A stretch of 64,000 nt of DNA. Origin: Phoronis australis (lineage: Eukaryota > Animalia > Phoronida). The notes under the pieces are model-generated. The model saw only the letters and a list, made by a program, of their open reading frames with translations. It searched no databases and had not been told where the DNA came from. Position numbers and translations under genes: made by a program. Positions 10,901 to 22,900 of the stretch are shown here, piece by piece (the first letter of the stretch is position 1; every line of letters starts with the position of its first letter). Location: contig NMRA01000284.1 of NCBI GenBank assembly GCA_002633005.1, positions 454,978 through 518,977 of the forward strand, in the 5' to 3' direction.

Positions 10901-13900
10901 CAAGTTTGCCTTCCCATGCAACTTTGAGAACCCTGCAGTCGACCACTTCACGTTCACGTTTACAGATATTGATGGCAATTACACGTTTGGGTTCTGCCGC
11001 CATAATGCCGGCGCCCATACCTGTCTGTGTATCATAAGGTAGGCACAATCTCCAAATTCTGGCTGTAGCGAAACACTGTCCTTTATGTAAAATGATTATA
11101 TTCGGGGCTTTGTTCCTTTTACACAATAAAGTGTGGAAATTTCCCTGTGCATGACAAGCGAAGCACGTGATCAGACGTCAAGGCTTACCTGTGATATTCG
11201 TACATCTATGGAAGGCAGCGTAGGCCATGTGAGACTCTAAACCCCATACCAGTGAACGAATTACTGTTGTTACTCCATTTGGACTCTTGTTAACGAGGTT
11301 TAGCATCCTTTAAATGAGTGTGTCAGGTCATAGGTCATATGTTTCAGTTTCTTACCTTGGTATGAGATATTCTACAAGCTGTTGAACAAGGTCGGCGAGA
11401 TCCTCAACAAGTCTGAGGGCAATGACCCTACCAGCTTACTGGCCTCCCTCTTTGAGAAAGAGATGCCTGATCCCGGCGATGAAGTCTGCGTCATCAGCAA
11501 GGATTACAACAGTGTAAGTTAGACACAATGAACAGTGTAAGACAGGGATAGTGAACAGTGTAAGTCAGGGATAGTGAACAGTGTAAGTCAGGGATAGTGA
11601 ACAGTGTAAGTCAGGAGTAATGAACAGCAGTTGTCTTGAACTGCGAAGAGTGTTGTCAAAACTATGTATTGGATTTCATGTGGGGGGGGGCTACAAAATT
11701 GGTTGAGATTTCAACAAAGTAAGTTAGGCATGATAACCACTTTGTCACCCTTCATACTAAAGTTTCTGTCAGAACTGCTTAAGATTATTATTTATAAGCT
11801 TCACTGTATTTTTCATCAGAAATACTGTGCCTGTTGTCTCCATTCATTTGGAAAATTTGTTTGTTTTTTTTTTCCTAGTTATTTAGCTTCCAGGTCTTAA
11901 CATTAAATTCTGCCTGGTTAACATAATAATTATTGTATGACATACTCGTCAGTTCTAAAATTGACAATGTGTAGAATTACGACATGTGACGTGTTTTGGA
12001 AGAAATGTTCTTCCATTATTGCTTGACAATCACATGTCACACCTCAGAATGCAAATACTGATAAGTACAAAAATATTTAAAAGGAATTCTATTTCATTGA
12101 AATGCCTGTAGTGTGCTAAACTGAAAATGTTATCCACTTGTGTGAGTCATTATGCTGACTCATTGTGGTGAAGTGATATGTCACCAATTTGTGTCTCATG
12201 CTTCTAGGACTCAAGTGTGACAACTGTTGAAGCCAAAGACGGCAAACTGCCAAGAATGTGTCATTTAAATATTGCATAGAAATATCTCGTGTTACACCTT
12301 CAGTGGCTAATATCAACACGCAGAATTCCAATCGAACTTCAATACTTATTGGTCTAATTTGATTTTCAAATTTCATGTGAAACTTATTTGATTTCCAGGA
12401 GTTCTCATTCGTCTGTCCCGACCCCTACAAACTGCCGTGTATTCCCGAGAACAGGAACTTAACAGAGTATTACAATGCTGTTGACGCCAGCAATATGATG
12501 AATATATTTGCCAGGTAATTTCTGCATTAAGCTGATGTACCCAAACACAATCTTTTATGCATATAGTAGGTATCTTACAGAGTCATATCATGTGACTTAG
12601 TAATTTCAAGTCTTAATAGATTGCTGCTCAGCCTTGGCTTGTACCGTAGCGTTCTACAATCCATATATCTGGAACCACCTGTTGAGCCCTGGTTAGGACA
12701 GCAATGCTTTCAGACTTGTAAATACTACGTCACATGATGTGACCATGTACGACTCTCTAGGATATCTACTCTCTGCATTAACACAGCTAGAGTCTGCGAT
12801 GATCATTCGTATTGCAAAATGTTCTTATTTTGTGTGATCCGTGGATGTGTTCATGCTTCTTCACCAACCTTCTGTGCCACGGATGATACAAGGGTTTATG
12901 TACAAGGTTGATAACAGGACACAAAGCTCGGATGTGTTCAGTTTTAATGGTTAGTGGGCTAATTCAACAATTATTTTTGATATCAGGCTAGTTTATTGAC
13001 GCTTTAAGGTTAGTTTCATGAGGCAAGCTCCTAAGGCCAAGTTACCAAACTTGACTTCTTACTCGACTTGATAATTGACCAATTATTTGTCATGCTTTGA
13101 GTAAACTTTCAATCTCATTTGTCATGATTGCTTAGTTTCCAAACTGACATTCGTGTAAAGATCCCTAATTTATACTTAATATTGATTCCACTGTTATTGC
13201 GAAACGGCCAAGCACCAATCACAACATTCTTGTCTGCGTTCCCAGCATGCTGTACGAGCGACGTATCCTGGTCACATCTCGCAAGCTAAGCCGGATGACG
13301 GCGTGCGTTCACGGTTGCGCCTCGCTCATCTACCCTATGTTCTGGCAACATCTTTACATCCCCGTGCTGCCCGCCAGTCTCGTGGACTATGTCAGCGCCC
13401 CCATGCCTTTCCTAATCGGCATCCACTCGACACTTCTCGAGGTGAGTTGAAAAGTCAGTCACTATTTGTTTGTTTAGTATGACTCTATCTTGACATTTTG
13501 GAGCCATTCAAATAGAATTCAAGTGCCAAAATTAAAAACAATAATGCCAGATTTATGTATCACTGTGAATTACTTAGCACTTCAAAAATTATTACCTGGC
13601 TTTGGACCTGGTCAAGCTTAATCCTTTTCAACTCCCATGGAGCACACAGTGGTGCAACCATTGTTGGAGGACATCAGTTAATGCAAAAGGATAATTTTGT
13701 AAATATTTTGAGTGCTAAATTGTCCTTGTGGTTAACTGAATTGGAAAAATGTCCGTGACCTACAAAATTTTTGAAAAAGTGATGTGACTGTATTTCTAAT
13801 TGCTATTTTTGGGTCCAAATCACGTCACAATGGCAGATAAGTGACCACTAGACTACCAAATACTTGTTGAATTACAGTGTACAGTTACTGTAAGCATCTT

Positions 13901-16900
13901 GTGTAACAGTCAGTTATCCTTTTCATTAGTATTGTGACATTGTTGAGTAAAAGATTATTATTAATCCACATAGAGAATCACAGTTATATGATTATGTAAC
14001 CAAGATTTCACTGTGCTGTAAAGCTTGCCTCTCTTGATAAAAAACATTTTACGGGCACCTGATGTTTTTAATAAGGATGAAATTTCAAAGACAATGAGAT
14101 CAAAAAGAAGCGCATTTGTAGGTGTCTTGTCTTAACTCATTCGACCCTGAGCGCCATATGGTATAAATTGCTTAGTGGCCTGGCTGAGCTCTGGAATGTC
14201 TACCCCCTTGAAGTCTGAGGGTATTTCACTCAGAACTGGGTCACAAGCACTGGACTTAATTAAAACCTCGTTACTAAGTCATTAATAAACATACACTTAC
14301 CAAATTTTCAGCAATAGATCTTGAGTAAATGAGCTTCGTGTTGATATAAAATTTATCCAAGTTTATTACTGATAAAGGGTTGAACAAGCAGTTTTACTTT
14401 TTGTTTTCCAGAAACAAAGACGTTTGTTTACAAATAATCCATTTAAATTTCCAGAAAACATGTCAGGAAAGTTTTCCGTGTGGCATATCCTCATTATAAT
14501 CTAGATCACTGAAATCTGTATATAAATCTGACCAATCAGTGCCATCAGTATCCACACTATCATATCCATAATCACTGAAGTCTACATCCAAATGTGACCA
14601 GTGTCATCAGTATCCACACTATTCTCCATAATAAAAACTTCAAGAACTGTGAGAGCAGCAGAGATGATATTCGTGTAATACCAAGGCAGTATTTCATGTG
14701 AACACAGTGCTAGTGACAGAGTAGAATGTTCCCAGTAACTGGACATTTTGTTATTGTAATCTGGTCAGTTCCAACAAAATAAACGGGCACCCTAGCAGAT
14801 GATTAAGTGGTGACGGCAGTATTATGTAATACCAATTAGACTCAAATTCAGAGCAATTAGCTCCAATCTAATCTTCATATCAAACAAACGTACTATGTTT
14901 CTTGGAAGTGTAATATTCTGATATTACAAAGTCAGAATATAAGACTTGCTGTGTCAAATACTTTATTGGAACTAAACTTAATTCACTACAAGGTGGCTTA
15001 TATAGAACAATTACTAAGCAGCATGCAATTCTTACAATGGAAGTGGTAATACCATATATAGAACTTCCTTTACTCAGAATCAATTAAACTATAGTCTGGT
15101 ATGCGTGAGTAATATGTTATCTGTTATATGTTTCTCAAAACATTACAGGAAGAACATTTCTATCTTTCAAAAGTTACAACAACCACTGCAAAGTTAACAT
15201 GCTCCCTGGTTTTCCTTGAAGTGATAGTTAGCTTGTGAAGAAATGGTTCTAAAGTCCAGAAATAACTGACCATAGACATTAACTTCACAAACAATAAGTA
15301 AATACAAAGTCTTGTGTCTCAAATCCTCATTGGATAGAAAACTGGGAATACCCCAGATTATTTAAACTTAAACCAATAAATTCCTGCCTTCTATCCCTCC
15401 TGAAAGCGTGATCCGCTTGTGAAATTCATTGTTTAGATAACACCTCCAGACGGCATCAGGCCCTGAGTGAAAACAAACAGTCACGCCATATGGCGGGATC
15501 AGGGAGGAATGAGTTAAGCCAAAATGTAGGACACACCTGGCATAGGCTTCAACTGTTTATTATAATGTACAATAATTGAAGTTCAATTCCGGGAAGCCTT
15601 GGTTTCCATTAAAGACTTGCTTTAAATGGGAAGACGGCTTTTTTGACAAACTATTGTTCAATGTATAATTTTAATTAACTTGAAATTTCTACAAAAACAC
15701 GAAACAATATCATGTGGTCTTGAAACGAGCATCACCATTTTGGCTGGTCAAAACATACAGCAATATATTATATCGAGAAATATCTGTTTTCAGAAAGCTA
15801 GAAAAATGGACCTCGGAGATGTCGTCATATTAGATGCAGACAAAAACACGGTGGAGTCGGAATACGATGACCTGGACACCCTACCATCTGATGTTGTAAG
15901 TTGGGAATAAAATGCTTTATCGATGGAGCGAGATGAATTCTTCACTCGGCATATTTTTTTTACAAAATGTCTTACTCTGTCGCAATTTAGTTCGTTTTCT
16001 TGTCTTATTTGGATGCGTTATATTCTATGCAATGTCACTAGTAATTTGTTCCCTAATAATTTCCTTTAATCTAATTAAAAACTTTCTTGATTACAGTTTT
16101 TGTCAGTCTCCATCGACTATTATTATTGTGACTGTGTGCACCATTCTGTAAAGGTTTTAAGTATTGATCAGATACTGTTGTTGGCAACATGTGCCTAAGT
16201 GCTTCTTTGTTGTGGGAAACCATGAAAAGTTTAGAGCAAAGTATTTTACCTACTGGTCAGATGAATAGTAATTAGTTGCTCTTTTAAATGATCCGGGCAT
16301 TTTTCACCTCATACACGTTTGGGTTTTCAATGTAATTTTAACAGACAAACCTCAACAAATTAAATAGGTTTTTGTAAACAGCCTGTCAATATCCTCATTG
16401 CTGTCTTAATACTCTTGTATTGGCCTCTCAGTTATCATCTCTTTTTCTTCCACCAGGTGTCCTCGCTGAAGAAGAAGCTGAAGCATCAGCAGACGGACCG
16501 TGTGCAGACGACGATGTTGAGTGGCGATGGCGTGGCCAGAGCTTTTCTCCGGACGCTGGTCAACTTGATAGGTGGGCAATGATCTGCGCTTCTGAGGGTC
16601 ATGGGTCAGTCGGTGACCTATGAGCTACATTTGGAAGAGACTGCGGCACTCACTCTTGCTTTTGTCACAGGCATCTTGCATAATCAGGACATACATACAC
16701 TTATACACATACACACTAGAATGTTCTCAAGACACACATTTTGTTTGGCTTTTAATGTGAAGGAAGTGAGAATTCAGCAGTATTGGCACACCCATGTCAG
16801 CGAATTTTTATACTCTGTGAGTCCGTAATAGAATTTGATCATTACAGCATCGTGTAAAGGTCTTATGATTCTTTCTGTGCTTTGGTTTAGAGAGAATTCC

Positions 16901-19900
16901 AGTTCTATTTGTGTCTTCATGAAGAATTGTTTGTCACAGAGAACATACAGAATGGGTCTCAAGAATATTTTGTTTGTTCTGTTGTCCTATAGGTGGCTAC
17001 AGGGATGCACTGAAGTTTCGTGAAGGCGAGAGCATCATCTTTGATGAGGAGGCGTTCATCAATTCACGCCCGTCTAGCACACGACCGTTCCTGGAGAAGA
17101 TGCTTCACCTGCAGATATTCCATCAGGTGAGTTAACGAGGTTTGGCACCCGAATAGTAATTTCCTGTCTTAACGCATTGTGTCACAGAATATTGTTTAAA
17201 TGTCAGGCTGGAATGGGAGTCTGAAAAACTGAAGTGACTCGTCTTGACAATTATGAAAAAGTTGCTGATTACTAGAACTTACAATATGCGCTTGTTTTGT
17301 ATTTGGTGGGTGTATGTTACTGTTAGTCTCACAATACGAACGGAAAGAAATTAGGTCGCACATCTAGCAACTACTCTAAATTGAAGACGAAGAATATGGT
17401 GATTGCCTATTCCCTTGCAGTAATATGTTTGTTGAAACTGGCAAAATTCAAATCAACAACTTTTTTGAATCTGGACCCCATGTCAGAACATCTGTAAACC
17501 ATATACATTAGCATACCGTATTCTAAAACAGAGTTTCACTACTTGTAGTGTTACAGTTTAGCTTTTGACCTAATGTAATTTTCCATAGATAAATGGCAAG
17601 AATTACAACCAAGGTGGCGAAATCTCGTAGACTACCCCAGTAAGGCGACATCACACTTTTCGTTCATTCAACTAACTTGCATTAACTCAACAGTCTGCCA
17701 TTATCAGGCAAAAACACATAGAAACGATAAATGTGACACAAAGGTATGAAGCGCCATACCCTCTAGGCTCCAGCTCCTCCACAGTGATGGGTGATACATA
17801 AATGATGTACAAGCTTGGTGACACTGAATAAGAGTTACCTTTATATATTAACCCAACTTGCAGTTCATTGAGGAACGTCTGGACCTACTGAATTCTGGAG
17901 AGGGCTTCTCAGACATATTTGAGGAGGAGACCACACTGATGGCTGGCAAGGGATCCAGCTCCAAGTACAAGGAATGGATGGGAAACATGATGGTCAGTAG
18001 AGGGCGCTGTTGGCACTTGGCTCAGTTTGGGGTAGATCAGTAGAGGGCACTGTTGGAGGTCCAATAGAGGGCACTCTTTTCAGTAGACCATTGTTAGGTT
18101 ATCATTAGAGGTCATTATTTGCTCACGGCCCAGTTTGGACGATCAATTGAAGGATCTGCCTGCACTTGGCCCAAATTGGGGAAAATAAATGAAAAGGATT
18201 CTCATTTTATGATCAACTTGTGGGTGACCAGAAATACATGGCATGTAGTTGGTGTCCCTCTTTTGGAGATTTTTACTCTCTTGCAAATGGAGTGTGAATT
18301 CTTGTGCAATGTGAAAGCTGCTGAAATGTTCATAGGGGGCACCACTTGCTTCACCTGCTGTATGTTTAGTATCGTAGTTCTTGTGTAGTGTGCAAGTACT
18401 GTCAACTATTAGCGTTGTGTGTTTTAAATAGTTGAGCGGTTTGGTTGTGTTTAATGCTTTGATGTGGCCACTTTTCTGTTCGTGGTATTGACAGTCATCT
18501 ATACTATGTTTTCTTTTGTTGACAGAAACAGGGAAAGAAGTTTACTTTGAAGGTATGTACCGCGTTACGCTCATGCTGTGTGTTGGGCAATAAGAGAAGT
18601 GTGCTGCCACCTGTCCACTGAGGGGAAATAACCTAGAGAATTAATCGAGGGCCGAACATGACCTTAGTTGGGTTCTAAGCTAGATTTGACTTGGGTTCCA
18701 ACTTTCACTGACGACAGGAGTCATCTCCTAAGGTGCCCCCTATCCTCCGTGGGAGCCATAAGCAGCCGTTTATGTCACCTAATAGCCAGAGGTGTTGCGA
18801 AGGCACATTACATATAGTCACTTACAAGCCTGGTTTCTTATTTTAAGAACCAGTTTTCTCCACTGAGTAACAAAAGCTGGACTCCTGTAAGTGTCTACTA
18901 CCAGCACACCTTTAGATTTGTTACATTACCTTATGTATTAAGTCTCTGTGTGATTGTTGCACTCTTTGAGCCTTTCATTGTCAAAATTGATTTCCAGTTA
19001 TATGCCTTATCATTCACAGATTTGGTGAAATTGCTCAAATAACATAGTATTGTATTTGTCCGGGTTGACAGTCACGCTGTTTAAACTGAGAGACTCAAAA
19101 ATCAGGAAGTGGGCGTGGACATTTGGAATGGGGGGAGGGCAATTACTGTGTCACCAGTTGAGATCAATACCTGGGGAAGTGTATTTATGTCAGTTGCTTC
19201 CTGTACATGGAAATAGATGATTAAAGACAATGTAGAATTTGTTGGTCACAGATGGTTTAATTCGTGCTTTTTTGGAATTGAATTCGCAGTAGGTTTGCAT
19301 TAACAAAGACACGGTGACGTTATAAACCTGAGAGGTGAGAAATATATTTTTATTTCATGACCACTTCTGCCTAGTTGTGTCTCCCAATAAAATTGTCTTT
19401 AATCGATTAAAAACCAAAATATTATTTTTTGGACGTAAAAGTTCCGATGAAGGTATAAATTAGATGAAGTGTATAACCGAACGTGGGCATGTAACATTTT
19501 TTAAAATTCAAAGGTGTGCACTTTGCCGAGCATGAGGGCTGTGACTGTTAACCCAGATGGGTACGGTAATCTATTTGTTAACAGGAAATGAATCTCTCTT
19601 GGACTAACGTACTAGTTGACTCGCATTGTTTGTCCTACTTCTTAACTTGTTTTGTTTTCGCATGTAGGCAAACCCTGTTATCCGTTCTACATTTGAGACA
19701 GTGAGTTTTCATTTCTATTTTCCACGTACCTTATTAACATTTACATTCCAATAGACCTATTCATTAACTCTGTCCTTTACAGAACCCCTTTTCCAACCTT
19801 TGGGTAAGAACCTGTATTGACTGCTTCAGCGTTTTGCAATCCTTGTTACCTGGCCCGCATTTTGATCACAACACCGCAAAGCTGGCGTTTGGTTGTTTTT

Positions 19901-22900
19901 CGCTTTGTTTGTAGTACACTCCGCACTACTAGTTCAATGATGATTTTGTTAAATTTTGAGTTAAGTACTAAAGTTCCATTTGTCATTTCCGATTTATTTT
20001 GTGCTCGTTAATTTCGCATGACCTAATTTCACACGACCTAATTTTGCAGGTGAAACATAAAGGCAAAAAGGCGATGAAAGATTTGAAGACAAAAATTGAA
20101 GAACTTAGAAGGGTAATTATCTCATGTCAATTCTCTCTTGAGTAAACTTGGTCTTGTGAATGACCGAAAAGTTAGTATGCCAACATTGGCTTTCAGAATT
20201 TTGGCGTATGAGTGCATTGTTGATTCAATAGTTTTAAAAAAATTGTCAAGGTATCTTATGTGTTAAAAATCAGTCACATTTTGTTGCCATTTTTTTGCCA
20301 ATTTTCAAATGATAAACAGGTACTTTTGATCTCCATCTGATTTCTTTTTGGCTTGTTACTGTTACTTGCTAATTTAGGTGAAAGAATCAGTGAATGCCAT
20401 GAAATGTTTTCAGAACTTCTGTTTTTTCCTTGTGGGAGGGATTTAGAGTACCCACCAAAATATTCTGCTTGTATTCAATTTGTCTTCCAAGAGTCATGTC
20501 CAGTATGTTATTAAGTTGAGGTATTTATTTACAGCCTTTAACTTCAATTAAATGCATGTACTCTGCTTAGCCACAGGGATGTACAGAAGTAACATGTATA
20601 CGTCTGCTTATTTTGTGAACTCAGGGGAGACAGTTTCAACGAAGTCCATACTATCGTGCTAAGAATTCGAGTATTGTTAACAGACAAGGGAAATATTTGT
20701 CTTTCCAGCTTTGATAATTGATGGGCATCTCATTCTGGCTACCTGGGTCCTGTCTCTCCAAGTGTCTATAGGCTTTTGCCTTATCACTTTCGGCTGACAA
20801 CCAGTCTATGAATGACTCAAAGTCAGAAAATCTGTCTTCAACAAGACAGATAGTCTGCTCTTGTAGAGTGAAAGTGAAATTTTGAGTAACGTAAAAGACG
20901 AAGCTATTTTGTTGTCAGATTTCTGAGTTTTGATTAAAGTCAAAAAAGAAAAAGCCAATGAACTTGAGATGGAGGTGCCAGGTGTTGCAAGTTACACATT
21001 CTGTTGTTTTGTTGTTGTCTGATTGTGTTTGTTGTTACTAAGGATGAAGAGATGCCAACGACTGTCATAGGTGCACAGTTAAAGGCTGAAAGGGTGAGTA
21101 GTCTGCATGGCCATGTCAGGTCGTTCTGTTTGAACTCTGTGAATGAATGTCTTGTGATTCGGGCTCTCATGGTGATTGTGAAATGAGATTAAGAGTTGTA
21201 GTGTCTGACAGGTTACGTTCTTAGTTATCAAGTGAATACAGGAAGACCAAGGGCTCCAGGTGTGTGGCTCCACCTGACTTAGTGCACTTTTAAAACAGAA
21301 ATGTTTAATCTGTTTGTGCATATGTATCCACACCTAATTATGATAATGTTCTCTCATGACGTTCTCTAAATTGAGTAAAAATTCACATTTTTGACACATC
21401 ATGACAGTGTGGGTTTTTCATTTAGTCATGGAATTCTACACGGGGAGATTTTCTACCCATGATTAAGCATTTTTTTCTGTGTTTACCTTTCCAGCCCCCG
21501 CGACCTCCCCTTCCAGGTCAAAGGTCAGTGACCATGCGACCTCATTCGGGCACAAGACGGAGGTCATCATACGAAAAGTAAGTGTCTGTAGCTGTCCATT
21601 TAATAAGAACTGTTGACTTTAAATTCTGGAAAAGTTCTGAGCTATGCCTTTCAGTTGGTCTAATAACAAAAATTTGTAGAAATCACCAACTTATGAAGCG
21701 TTTTTCATAATTCTGTATCAAATTCTCTAATACTTCAGTTTTGGCAAATATGTGCAAAGTAAAAGTGGACAATTGACAAGTATAGCTTTTGCCAAAACTG
21801 CACACATAAGCAATATTCAGTACTTGCTTTGAATTGAGTTGAATGCTCTTGGCCTGTTTTCTTAGTAGTCAAAAGAATGAAAATGGAAAAAATCTTAATG
21901 AAACCGACTTGGATAGGCTTTCTATACGTAAAATTTTTTTAATATAAGAACTAACCAGATGACTTGGTTGTCTTTCGTCTGTCGGCTTTTAGACATTCAC
22001 CTGGGAATCGTCTGATTTCTCTTGCAATGCTGTTTGAACTTTGAACTTTCACTTGCAGGCTAAGAANAGTGCATTGTTGATTCAAAAGTTTTAAAAAAAT
22101 TGTCAAAATATCTTATGTATTAAAAATCAGTCACATTTTGTTGCCATTTTTGCCAATTTTCAAATGATAAACAGGTACTTTTGATCTCCATCTGATTTCT
22201 TTTTGGCTTGTTACTGTTACTTGCTAAGTGAGGTGAAAGAATCAGTGAATGCCATGAAATATTTTCAGAACTTCTGTTTTTTCCTTGTGGGAGGGATTTA
22301 GAGTACCCATCAAAATATTGTGCTTGTATTCAATTTGTCTTCCAAGAGTCATGTCCAGTATATTACTAAGTTGAGGTATTTATTTGCAGCCTTTAACTTC
22401 AATTAAATGCATGTACTCTGCTTAGCCACAGGGATGTACAGAAGTAACATGTATACGTCTGCTTATTTTTTGAACTCAAGGGAGACAGTTTCAACGAAGT
22501 CCATATTATCATGCTAAGAATTCGAGTATTGTTAACAGACAAGGGAAATATTTGTCTTTCCAGCTTTGATAATTGATGGGCATCTCATTCTGGCTACCTG
22601 GGTCCTGTCTCTCCAAATGTCTATAGGCTTTTGCCTTATCACTTTTGGCTGACAACCAGTCTATGAATGACTCAAAGTCAGAAAATCTGTCTTCAACAAG
22701 ACAGATAGTCTGCTCTTGTAGAGTGAAAGTGAAACTTTGAGTAACGTAAAAGACGAGGCTATTTTGTTGTCAGATTTCTGAGTTTTGGTTAAAGTCAAAA
22801 GAGAAAAAGCCAATGAACTTGAGAAGGAGGTGCCAGGTGTTGCAAGTTACACATTCTGTTGTTTTGTTGTTGTCTGATTGTGTTTGTTGTTACTAAGGAT

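Noticed and set aside
11508-11627. CRISPR-like array
   Set aside because: No unique spacers, eukaryotic intron, no cas genes.
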